A stretch of 49,304 bases of DNA from Planctomycetota bacterium. Its GTDB lineage: Bacteria; Planctomycetota; Planctomycetia; Pirellulales; UBA7805. The notes beneath the pieces were generated by a model. That model ran no database searches. It was not told where the DNA came from and saw only the letters and a program-made list of their open reading frames with translations. Below are positions 8,641 through 17,871 of the stretch, one piece after another. A program made the translations under genes and the position numbers. Within the stretch, counting starts at the first letter, position 1; every line of letters starts with the position of its first letter. The stretch spans positions 1-49,304 of the forward strand of contig JAYYJN010000109.1 in the NCBI GenBank assembly GCA_036146215.1, written 5' to 3'.

Positions 8641-10479
8641 AGCGACCGGTGCAGATTTAGCGTTGCTCCTTAAAATCTGCGATACGATATTGATCGTCTT
8701 ATTATTTTTTAAAATTTCGGTATGGATCGCATTAACAAAAAACGTTTGGTTGGCAGGTGGTGTGGTTGCACTCTCAATTGTAATTACGCCATCAGAGGGA
8801 CCCATCCGTGAATAAAACGATCCGCCGGTTCCCGCTATCGCGTAGCTGTTTACCCACGGCGCCAGCGGAAGACATTGAATTGCCTGTAAAAGAGAGTTGT
8901 CGGGATTCATTAAATCAATGCTAGTCGGACTTCGGCGTCGAACAGTCTGATTAAACGCATCAGGATTTTTCTGAATTAAACTTTTATGAAATTGTGTTTG
9001 TTGCGGCGAATATTTCACTATTTTCGATGCGATTTTCCCCGCAGCACGTTTTGCCCACGGAGAACCTTCATTAGGGGTTGCAATAAAAATGGCCGTATGG
9101 ATGGAAGCAGATGGTGTAAAGAAAAATTGCTCGGCAAGACGGTGTCGCTCCTCGGGACTTGCTACGATTTTGTTAAACGGGACTCGAGCAACACTATTCC
9201 ATAATGTATTTCCACTGCTGGTAACTTGCATTTTTGCGATAAGACCACCGAGACTATGTCCGATGATTACCATTTGATCCAGTTTGTTGATTGGGTGTTC
9301 GGCCCGGCAATCCGCTTGTAGTGAAACTAGTTGATTTCGAAGCTGTGCGGCTGACAAAAGGAAATTGCCCCCCGTCGGGTAACGATATACCCATATTTGA
9401 TAGGCATTATGTAAATCAGCTTGCGCACGAATCTGATTTGCCATCTCGAGATAAGTCTGAGGATCTGAAAACAATCCATGCACAAAAAGAATGGGTATTT
9501 TATCAGGTTGATAGGGTTCGAGCATTCTCAGCCCTGCCAAGCCTGGATCAGTTTCGGGTCGGATATATTCCTCAACTGGATTCCAGTCTTTTTCCTGGCC
9601 CAAAAATCCAAGAGGTGAAGTGATATCGGCCGCAAGTCGATAGATCGCATCGTTATGCCGAACATGCATTACTTGAAGGGGATCATAAAGCACTAACCCT
9701 ACATCACCAATCTTTTGTGGATGTTCAATTTGTGGACGTGATAACCAGGGTTGCACATTCGGAAATAAAATTGCGGTGGCGGCAAAGGGCGTTTGCTTCA
9801 AAAAATAGTTGTTCGATGGACTGGGTTGACATTTGTTCTTGCGAAGCGCCACCACAGGGCAACCCAAACCGCATTCGACATACTGATGTCTTAAATTGGT
9901 GTCGTAATAATACCCAACCGGAACAAGCTCGTTGAAACTGTCTGAGGGCCAGACAAACTTATTGAATCGTATAGGCAACCACTCAAGCCCCACCGGGGTT
10001 TGCACCAGCAAACCTTTTTGAAGATCTAGACGACCTGATTTTTGGCCGTTGACAATTATCTCAGTAAGACTCGAGTGATAAATATCCCATGCTCTATCCG
10101 TTTTTTCATCGAGCCGAGAAAACCTTCGATACTGAGAGATGAATATCCAGCTTCTCGCTAGTGATGCGTAATAAGCGTCAACAGCCTTTGTTGAAGATTT
10201 AGTGTTGCGGGCCGATTCATACGATTGCTCCATCTCATCAAAGAGTATGGTGGAGTAATCCCTGTCAAGAATATTATCTTCTCCCGAAAAAAATAATTGT
10301 GATACCTTAGCGAATTCGCAAGAACGGAAGGTTGAACCTGCTGGGATCGGTAGATTCCAGATGTGTTTCTTTTGACATAGATGGCACGCACTGCCACAGA
10401 GCACACCGAAGACGATTAACAGGAGGAGACGTCTCCGTGGGCGAGCGCAATAGAATGGTTTTAGGGCAGAAATATTCAT
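8629..10479 (-). CDS. Exported alpha/beta-hydrolase (esterase/lipase family)
   Basis: PILFVHGL, nucleophile motif GHSLGG, IATP, SDGVI and a C-terminal His; hydrophobic N-terminal signal. 12-nt convergent overlap with the kinase. Confidence 0.8.
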   Translation of the reverse strand: MNISALKPFYCARPRRRLLLLIVFGVLCGSACHLCQKKHIWNLPIPAGSTFRSCEFAKVSQLFFSGEDNILDRDYSTILFDEMEQSYESARNTKSSTKAVDAYYASLARSWIFISQYRRFSRLDEKTDRAWDIYHSSLTEIIVNGQKSGRLDLQKGLLVQTPVGLEWLPIRFNKFVWPSDSFNELVPVGYYYDTNLRHQYVECGLGCPVVALRKNKCQPSPSNNYFLKQTPFAATAILFPNVQPWLSRPQIEHPQKIGDVGLVLYDPLQVMHVRHNDAIYRLAADITSPLGFLGQEKDWNPVEEYIRPETDPGLAGLRMLEPYQPDKIPILFVHGLFSDPQTYLEMANQIRAQADLHNAYQIWVYRYPTGGNFLLSAAQLRNQLVSLQADCRAEHPINKLDQMVIIGHSLGGLIAKMQVTSSGNTLWNSVARVPFNKIVASPEERHRLAEQFFFTPSASIHTAIFIATPNEGSPWAKRAAGKIASKIVKYSPQQTQFHKSLIQKNPDAFNQTVRRRSPTSIDLMNPDNSLLQAIQCLPLAPWVNSYAIAGTGGSFYSRMGPSDGVITIESATTPPANQTFFVNAIHTEILKNNKTINIVSQILRSNAKSAPVASLP

Positions 10480-10721
10480 AATTGCTCCCCAACTTTATCG
10501 AACGAAAGTAAACACCAGCTTGTTCCGAAGGGGAATGTTGCTGGTCATTTGGTTTGCTACAAATATGTGCAACCCATCGAAATTAGGATCTGTAGGCAGC
10601 AAGCAGTACAACCGGTAACTGATGATTCCGGTTTTAATGCCAATAAGGCCGTCATACTCCCAGTCAGCTTATTGGTTGGGATTCAGGTGCACGCAACCAC
10701 AACATAAAGAGGCGTTTAGTA

Positions 10722-10907
10722 ATGGAAATGGAAGAAGAGGGATCGTACATCTGTAGTGCGTGCGGAGAAGAAATTGTTATCCCGCTAGACGTTTCTGCTG
10801 GGCAGGAACAGGAATATGTGGAAGACTGCCCGGTCTGTTGTCGACCCCATCTGCTTCAAATCACTTGGTACCATGAAACCGTCGAAATAACGGCGAAGCC
10901 TGAGTAA
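10722..10907 (+). CDS. CPXCG-motif cysteine-rich small protein (Zn-ribbon)
   Basis: CSACGEEI...QEYVEDCPVCCRP is the family pattern; AGAGG upstream. Confidence 0.8.
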   Translation: MEMEEEGSYICSACGEEIVIPLDVSAGQEQEYVEDCPVCCRPHLLQITWYHETVEITAKPE

Positions 10908-11007
10908 CTAGGGTGTCAATTTAATGAACCCGTGGTCCTTTTGAATGTCGGAATCGCTCTTTAAACTGGTTTTCCAGGTCTTAGGCAGCCACACTTGAAA
11001 TATTGAT

Positions 11008-12294
11008 GTGTTGACGATGCTCCAAAAATTCATCTCGGCGATACTTGTCAGTACAGTTGTTGTTGTCTCAGGATGCAACAGCGGTGAGGGTGTTTACTCT
11101 CAAACCACGAGCAATATTTTACCGGAGGCATTTCGTCCGATTGAGATTAAGTCGGGTGACTGGCCCTGGTGGCGAGGGCCGACGCACGATGGAATAGCAG
11201 AAAAACAATCGGTGCCACAACACTGGAATGAAGAAAAAAATATTATTTGGAAAACTGCGATTCCCGGAAAGGGCCATGCAAGTCCGATTGTTGTTGAGGA
11301 TCGTATTTTTTTGACAACCGCAAATCATGACACCAACACCATCTCACTGCTGTGTTATGAGCGAGAATCGGGGAATCTACTCTGGGACAAAGAGATTCAC
11401 CGAGGTCCGTTTATGCATATGCATAAAAAAAATTCGCAAGCTTCTGCGACACCCGCATGGGACGGGAAATTCGTTTTTGTGGTGTTCATGATCGAGGATG
11501 GCATTTATGTCACCGCATTGGATCGAGATGGTAATATTGCTTGGCAAACTCGCGCAGGAGACTTCGACTCTAAACACGGGTATGGATCTTCACCGTTTTT
11601 GTATAAATCGCTCTTGATTGTAAATGGTGATAATCAGGGAACTGGATTCTTGGCTGCGCTGGATCGAAATACGGGCAAAATTATTTGGCGGGTTGACCGT
11701 AAAAATAACTCCAGCTTTGCAACCCCTGTAGTGGCAACTATTGATGGCGTCGATCAATTGTTGTTAAGTGGTCACAACACGGTTTGTAGTTATAACCCCG
11801 AAAATGGGGCCTTACGCTGGCAATCAGAAGGGCCAGCTGCAACAACTGCCAATACGATGCTTTGGCACAAGGGGTTGGTGTTTGCCAGCGGTGGATGGCC
11901 TGAACATAATTTGATGGCAGTGCGTGCTGATGGAAGTGGGACGATCGCTTGGCAGAAGGGCATCAAATCTTATGTTCCCTCGCCGGTTTTAATCGGAGAT
12001 CGGCTATTGGTGGTTCAGGATGCAAACATTATCCGTCTGTTTGATTCCGAATCTGGAAAGGAATTCTGGAAAGAACGGTTAGGTCGTCGCGGATATTCAG
12101 CGTCACCAACCGTGGTGGGAAATGTGGTGTACTTGCCGGATGAGACTGGTGAAGTTCATGTGTTCCGCGCGGGAGATAACTTTGAAAAAATTGCCAGCAA
12201 CCGCCTTGAAGGAGATGGCATGGCAACTCCTGCAATCTGTGGGGGTAAAATATATTTGCGTACATCCTCGCATCTTTATTGTATCGGGAAGTGA
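11008..12294 (+). CDS. PQQ-like beta-propeller repeat lipoprotein (BamB-like, planctomycete-expanded family)
   Basis: Signal ending VSG-C; DWPWWRGP; repeated ALDxxTGKIIW blades; ends IYLRTSSHLYCIG. Confidence 0.85.
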   Translation: MLTMLQKFISAILVSTVVVVSGCNSGEGVYSQTTSNILPEAFRPIEIKSGDWPWWRGPTHDGIAEKQSVPQHWNEEKNIIWKTAIPGKGHASPIVVEDRIFLTTANHDTNTISLLCYERESGNLLWDKEIHRGPFMHMHKKNSQASATPAWDGKFVFVVFMIEDGIYVTALDRDGNIAWQTRAGDFDSKHGYGSSPFLYKSLLIVNGDNQGTGFLAALDRNTGKIIWRVDRKNNSSFATPVVATIDGVDQLLLSGHNTVCSYNPENGALRWQSEGPAATTANTMLWHKGLVFASGGWPEHNLMAVRADGSGTIAWQKGIKSYVPSPVLIGDRLLVVQDANIIRLFDSESGKEFWKERLGRRGYSASPTVVGNVVYLPDETGEVHVFRAGDNFEKIASNRLEGDGMATPAICGGKIYLRTSSHLYCIGK

Positions 12295-12334
12295 GGTAGT
12301 ACCTTCAATCAGATTTATTATAAGTCATCTGCAG

Positions 12335-13747
12335 TCAATGACTTGGTACCGCACGAAAATGGCGATCAGTAAAATCGAGATATTGCATCCAGTCGTATAA
12401 CGTAATGTCGTGCGAACCAGTTCGAAGGTGATAACCCAAGGTTCCTTGCACGGGTTGATTGGGATCGGGCATACGATCAACCGGCAACCCGGTAGTTCCC
12501 AGCAGTTTGTAGACTGGGTCGGCATGTAGTAATGATAAAAATTCGCCTTTCGGATCGGCCCACAAATCTTCCGTCGCACTTGCTACATACACTGGACGAG
12601 GTGCAATAAGCGACACCAGCATGTGTTGATCCACGGGAAGTTCCTCTTCTCGTCGATTGTATTTTTTAAAGTTTTTACAGAACCAGTGTGGAAAACTTGT
12701 ATTGATTGCCTGCACTGTTTCGCCGAATTGCCGTCGGCTCAGAGCTGCGCCGCCACAGCCAGAATTATTGGAAATAACTACAGCAAATCGTTTGTCTTGT
12801 GCGCCAGCCCACAAGGCTGTTTTGCCGAGTCGGGAGTGCCCGATGACTGCTGCTCGCGTGTGGTCTATTTCTGCCTCTTGTTGCAGGTAGTCTAATATAC
12901 AGCTAAGACCCCAACTCCACGCGCCGATCGTCCCCCACGTTTCTTCTGCCCGCGTTAACCGATTTTCATCGGCAAACAAGGGATGAATACCGTTTTTGAA
13001 GCCATCATCAAAATCGGGATCTATATCTCCACAATGTGCAGTTGCGACCGCATATCCTCGATCAATGATGTGTGCGAGAGGCCAACGTGATTGTTTCTTA
13101 CCGCGCGAGGCGACAGTCGCCCGATGATCGACGACACCTTCTTGCTCGGATCCAATGGTCCAGTTTGTATGCAGTCCAATGGCTGGATCCGGGTTGATCG
13201 ATGCATTGCCGATAAAATTCAATCCGACGAATACCGGGGCCGCCTGTTCACGATCTACCGGTCGATAAAGCAGTAAATTTATCGTGGCGGTTGATTCATT
13301 GCGTTCCATGCAAATAGCGACTTGTTTGCGCTCCGCCTTTCCGTCTAATGCCGGGGTCCAATTTTCAGTCACTGTGTATTGGGCTTTGATTGGCTGACTC
13401 GGTTTTTTTCCATACACCTCATGCTCAAAAGACTTCAAAATTTCTTCACGGCGATGTGTCCACGCCTCCACCGAGTCCACCTTGTGTCCACTTTTCGCGC
13501 GTAGCGGATCAGGAAGTTTATAGGCCGGCACTTTGTGCTCATCATAGTTTTGGCCCACTGCTTGGGCGGACAACGTCATCATGAAAAATACCCACCGAAA
13601 GACCGTTGTTAGATTTGAAATTGGCTGTAAACGAATCCAAAAAATATGTTTTTTAAGCCGCTTTTGTTCGCTGCTACATCCGAGGAGGGTTGACGGTAGA
13701 AAATCATTTTCTAGGCTGGATGCGTAAGGGTTATGGGCAGATATCAT
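12335..13747 (-). CDS. CE15 glucuronoyl esterase / acetylxylan-esterase-like hydrolase (true start probably downstream of 13747)
   Basis: YKLPDPL, WGTIGAWSWG, GHSRLGK nucleophile, SGCGG, LPVDQH, DLWADP. The N-terminal 40 or so residues look non-coding. Confidence 0.85.
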   Translation of the reverse strand: MISAHNPYASSLENDFLPSTLLGCSSEQKRLKKHIFWIRLQPISNLTTVFRWVFFMMTLSAQAVGQNYDEHKVPAYKLPDPLRAKSGHKVDSVEAWTHRREEILKSFEHEVYGKKPSQPIKAQYTVTENWTPALDGKAERKQVAICMERNESTATINLLLYRPVDREQAAPVFVGLNFIGNASINPDPAIGLHTNWTIGSEQEGVVDHRATVASRGKKQSRWPLAHIIDRGYAVATAHCGDIDPDFDDGFKNGIHPLFADENRLTRAEETWGTIGAWSWGLSCILDYLQQEAEIDHTRAAVIGHSRLGKTALWAGAQDKRFAVVISNNSGCGGAALSRRQFGETVQAINTSFPHWFCKNFKKYNRREEELPVDQHMLVSLIAPRPVYVASATEDLWADPKGEFLSLLHADPVYKLLGTTGLPVDRMPDPNQPVQGTLGYHLRTGSHDITLYDWMQYLDFTDRHFRAVPSH

Positions 13748-13822
13748 GGAATTTTCCCGTCTCTGCTAAGTCAAAACAACGTCCACGTACGCAAAACATA
13801 AGTTTTAAAAAGTGAGGAACGA

Positions 13823-14407
13823 ATGTCGATTATAGGTCAAGCGGCCCCAGATTTTTCAATGGAAGCGGTCGAAAAAGGATCTTTCAAGCAAGTTAGTCTT
13901 AAGGATTATGAGGGAAAGTGGCTGATTCTTTTTTTCTATCCGCTTGATTTTACCTTTGTTTGCCCGACGGAAATTCTGGCATTTTCAAAAGCAGTCGATC
14001 GATTCAAAAATTTGAACGCTGAATTGCTGGGCGTAAGTGTTGATAGTAAATTTACACACCTGGCCTGGACAGAAAAACCGCAGGCAGAAGGTGGAATTGC
14101 GGGGCTTGAATATCCACTTGCTTCGGATTTAAGCAAACAAGTTGCAACCCGATACAATGTGCTAGCCGCCGGTGGTGTAGCGCTTCGTGGATTATTTATC
14201 GTTGATCCAAAAGGGATTATTCAACATGCAACAGTGAATAATCTTGCAGTTGGTCGCTCTGTAGATGAAACGCTTCGAGTACTGCAGGCATTTCAATATG
14301 TCGCCGAACATGGTGAAGTTTGTCCCGCTGGATGGGAACCCGGGGCCGCAACCATGAAGGCGGATTGGGATGGTTCGAAGGAATACTTCAAATCTGCCAG
14401 TGCATAA
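13823..14407 (+). CDS. ahpC: 2-Cys peroxiredoxin
   Basis: FFYPLDFTFVCPTE and GEVCPAGW motifs; GAGG RBS. Confidence 0.95.
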   Translation: MSIIGQAAPDFSMEAVEKGSFKQVSLKDYEGKWLILFFYPLDFTFVCPTEILAFSKAVDRFKNLNAELLGVSVDSKFTHLAWTEKPQAEGGIAGLEYPLASDLSKQVATRYNVLAAGGVALRGLFIVDPKGIIQHATVNNLAVGRSVDETLRVLQAFQYVAEHGEVCPAGWEPGAATMKADWDGSKEYFKSASA

Positions 14408-14474
14408 GCTCATTAGCTTTTATTATAAATTCGCCGAGCAATGACAATCGGTTGATTATTTCGTTGCTTTTATC

Positions 14475-14520
14475 ATCGGCGGTAATTCATGCTGATTGTG
14501 AATTACCGCCGATATTTTTT
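14475..14520 (+). terminator. Intrinsic terminator-like hairpin after ahpC
   Basis: Perfect 15-bp inverted repeat ATCGGCGGTAATTCA (14475-14489) / TGAATTACCGCCGAT (14499-14513) followed by ATTTTTT. Confidence 0.7.
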
Positions 14521-14531
14521 GGGGTATACCA

Positions 14532-15080
14532 GTGCGAGCCAAAATTATTCGTTTACTCTTTATTCCCACACTGTTGTGGAATGTGTTTCTTGGCCGTCTA
14601 CTAAAGGTTCGACACTGGTGGGATCCGCTTAAAGAAGAACCTATTCTCCTCGGTGCGCTGCCCTTTTCTCGCGATATACCTCACTTGCAAGCCGAAGGTG
14701 TGACCGGGGTTATTAATATGTGTATTGAATATCCTGGTCCGAAAACTACTTATAAAAACGCAGGGATTGAGCAACTGTGGCTACCCACCGTTGATTTCAC
14801 AGCACCCACGCTGAGCGATATTCGCAAGGCAATCGATTTTATTGAGCGTCACCAAAAAAGTGGGGGGAAGGTGTATGTTCATTGTAAAGCGGGAAGAGGG
14901 CGTAGCGCTACGGTGGTCCTTTGCTGGATTATGTATCGGCGCGGATTTACGCCAGAGGAAGCAGCGATCTGGTTGGCACGGCAGCGGCCCCACATCAATC
15001 GCGATTTAGCAGATCGGCCTGTCGTCCGGAATTTTCACCAGACCTTATCTACAGGTGAAAAATTATCAGGCGATACTTAA
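14532..15080 (+). CDS. Dual-specificity phosphatase, PTPMT1-like (putative phosphatidylglycerophosphatase)
   Basis: VYVHCKAGRGRSAT active site; N-terminal RLLFIPTLLWN, LLGALPF and PTVDF as in PTPMT1. Confidence 0.85.
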   Translation: MRAKIIRLLFIPTLLWNVFLGRLLKVRHWWDPLKEEPILLGALPFSRDIPHLQAEGVTGVINMCIEYPGPKTTYKNAGIEQLWLPTVDFTAPTLSDIRKAIDFIERHQKSGGKVYVHCKAGRGRSATVVLCWIMYRRGFTPEEAAIWLARQRPHINRDLADRPVVRNFHQTLSTGEKLSGDT

Positions 15081-17746
15081 CGTTTTTTTTGTTGCAATTG
15101 GCGAACGGTTTCGGTCAGCGTGTATTGGAGGTAACGATCCATCGGTTGATCCAGTACGCGGAGCGCAATTTCCAACGGTTCAGTACCCTGAAAAAAACTA
15201 CAGGCACGTACGGCTTCTAATCGTACACGAGGGTGCGGATCTTGAATTGATTTTTCAAGCAATGCAAGTGGATCAGTAAGCCCTTCTCTCCATGCTGCTA
15301 GGACCCGTACGGCGGCGGCACGCACGCGGAAATCTGGACTGTCAAGTAAAGATTCTAAAAGCTGTGGGTTGAGTCGATGGTGTTGTTGATACACCCATAA
15401 ACCCTCAAGTAATTGCCGCTGATATTCTGGATCACTCTGATCGAGATCAGCAATCCATGCTTCAAGCGTAGAAATAACATCATCGCTGTCTCGTTCGCTG
15501 AGCTCGATTCGTGATCGATACCGGACCCGTTTTTCAGGGGATTTGAGGAGATTTAAAAGTGCTTCGACGGATTGACCGTCTATAGCTTTTTTGGACGCGT
15601 AGGGCCGCGAGGGATAGGTGATACGATACACCCTGCCATGCTTGTTGTCTCTGCTAGGATCGCGAATATGATGCTGCATATGGCCAATAATGGGATTTTG
15701 CCAATCAGAAAAGTAGACGGCTCCCTCGGGTCCTACTTCGATGTCTGTGGGTCGAAAATTTCGATCTGTTGATCGCACCAGAAATGGTTCCTCAACGCCG
15801 GCAAAACTACTGTCTTTTTCATCCAGGCGATAACGGAGAATGCCTTGAAACCCGATCACATTACCGACCAATAAATCCCCCTGGTAAGAATCTGGAAAAT
15901 GTTCGGTCTCGATAATTTCGACCCCTGGACAAGGGCGTGTTTTCCTTTGGTAGAGCAGCGGGCTTGCTGGTTTGTCGCGTCGTTTATTGGGGTAATCAAT
16001 GTGCCCAGAAATGATTGCCGCATGATACGGATACGAAGTTGTGCCATCGTACACGAAGTTCTGTCCCCAGCTGTCAAAAACATGTCCGTGCGGATTTGCA
16101 AAATTATAAGGAATAAATCTCTCAACCTCCCAAGTTCTAGGATCAAATTTCCAAATGCAACCATCACGATTGCGCACAGCACCATAGGGGGTCTCAATTT
16201 GAGTCCGATGGAAAATACCTTCTCCAAAATAAATATTTCCGTCGGGACCAAAAACAAAACTATTTGCAGCATGGTGTGTGTCGCCCGAAGATAATCCGTG
16301 TAACACACGCATCCGTATATCTGCGACGTCATCACCATCTGTATCTTTTAAAAACAGCAAGTCGGGGGCAGTTGCCACAAAGACTCCCCCGCCCCAGAAC
16401 TCGAAACCTGTCGGATTATGTAATCCATCGGCAAAGGTTTTGCATTTGTCTGCTTTTCCATCTCCATCGGTATCCTCAAGAATTAGTAATTTGTCGTCCA
16501 TGACATCCCCCGGTTTCCAGTGAGGGTAGCTCGGCCAAGTGGCGACCAGCAAACGATCCTTCGTGTCAAATGCCATTTGCACCGGATTGATCAGATCTGG
16601 AAACTGCTCCTCTGAAGCAAAAAGATTAATAGCTGTTCCATCGGCAAGAGTCATTTTATCTATGGCTTCTTCGCCACCGAGAAACAGATGCTCACCATCG
16701 GGACCCTTACCGGGAGCATTTGTTTTCACATCATATTGTCGTGGGAGATTGCTATCGTCGCTCACCACCCCCGTGTTGCCTTTGGCGGTTTCCCAAATAA
16801 CCGCATCCCGATTGGTGGTCATTTGATCAAGAATGTCCAGTTCCCGCTGCATCACCTCCCGATTACTAAGATCGTCGATATATTTTAAATCTGCCCGATT
16901 GCCGTGCACGTTGTAACCATCAGTAGGCTGATAGCGGTGGAACCAATGAAAGTTTTTATCTTGAATAACCGCCCGCAGCTTCGCCAAATCAGTCGATTCG
17001 TTTTGCTCGGAGTTCACAGGAAGTAAAGCGTCAGCAATAATTTGACCCAATCTGCGGTTCCCATACTCTGTGAGATGAATGCCATTGATTGTCCATTGGG
17101 TGGCGTCGTCCTGATATCCTTTAAAAGTCGGTGTAAACAAATCGACATAATGAACATTCGTTTCCTTTGCGACATCAGCAATCGCATCAGAATAAAGCCT
17201 TAAGCGCAGATTGCTTTCCAAGCCATCGGGTAAGTTCACCTGATTGAGGTTCTCATGCGCGATGGGAGAAAACAGAACGACTTGTGGTGGATTCTTCCCG
17301 TTATAGTTCTCTGTTTTCAGTTGATTTACGAATTTTCGCAACGATTGCTTAAATTGATCCACCTTCGACTTGCCAGCGAATGATTCATTGAATCCAAAAA
17401 ATGCGAAGACCCAGTCGGGTTTGGTTTTCCTCAGCCATTCGTCTTGTGAACCATAACCGGTGACTCGTAGTCTTTCGTCTACGCTATCTGCGGAAAAACC
17501 GAGATTGCGGAATGATAATTTTTTCCCAGTGGCACGATTTTGTATTAGAGTTTCCATCCAAGCATCATGCTGCATCCGCTCTGCAAGAGTTCCACCCAAA
17601 ATGACAACGCGATCCCCATTGTTAAACTTCACTTCGTTTTTTGGAGTGTCGCTCCTTCCTGCGAACACCTCCTTCGTTGTGAGTCCCAGGAAAATCAAAA
17701 AAGTTGTGCAATAGAGGATGAATCGTATTGTTTTTCTAAATTGCAT
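15077..17746 (-). CDS. PVC-type membrane-bound-dehydrogenase-like protein (SGNH domain + beta-propeller + HEAT repeats)
   Basis: SGNH part (FRNLGFSAD, FGFNES, NGIHL); LFASEEQFPDLINPVQMAFD; EDTDGDGKAD; FRPTDIEVGPEGAVYFSDW; C-terminal HEAT repeats. No CxxCH motif. Confidence 0.8.
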   Translation of the reverse strand: MQFRKTIRFILYCTTFLIFLGLTTKEVFAGRSDTPKNEVKFNNGDRVVILGGTLAERMQHDAWMETLIQNRATGKKLSFRNLGFSADSVDERLRVTGYGSQDEWLRKTKPDWVFAFFGFNESFAGKSKVDQFKQSLRKFVNQLKTENYNGKNPPQVVLFSPIAHENLNQVNLPDGLESNLRLRLYSDAIADVAKETNVHYVDLFTPTFKGYQDDATQWTINGIHLTEYGNRRLGQIIADALLPVNSEQNESTDLAKLRAVIQDKNFHWFHRYQPTDGYNVHGNRADLKYIDDLSNREVMQRELDILDQMTTNRDAVIWETAKGNTGVVSDDSNLPRQYDVKTNAPGKGPDGEHLFLGGEEAIDKMTLADGTAINLFASEEQFPDLINPVQMAFDTKDRLLVATWPSYPHWKPGDVMDDKLLILEDTDGDGKADKCKTFADGLHNPTGFEFWGGGVFVATAPDLLFLKDTDGDDVADIRMRVLHGLSSGDTHHAANSFVFGPDGNIYFGEGIFHRTQIETPYGAVRNRDGCIWKFDPRTWEVERFIPYNFANPHGHVFDSWGQNFVYDGTTSYPYHAAIISGHIDYPNKRRDKPASPLLYQRKTRPCPGVEIIETEHFPDSYQGDLLVGNVIGFQGILRYRLDEKDSSFAGVEEPFLVRSTDRNFRPTDIEVGPEGAVYFSDWQNPIIGHMQHHIRDPSRDNKHGRVYRITYPSRPYASKKAIDGQSVEALLNLLKSPEKRVRYRSRIELSERDSDDVISTLEAWIADLDQSDPEYQRQLLEGLWVYQQHHRLNPQLLESLLDSPDFRVRAAAVRVLAAWREGLTDPLALLEKSIQDPHPRVRLEAVRACSFFQGTEPLEIALRVLDQPMDRYLQYTLTETVRQLQQKKR

Positions 17747-17871
17747 AATGTGTTGCCAATCAGGGACACAGAAACCACAAACTCAGAAGTTAATGATTTT
17801 ACGCTGCTTGATACGGAAACGCAAAGGACGCGACGCTGCGGATTATTAACAATCGGGCAGGCGGATTTTGA

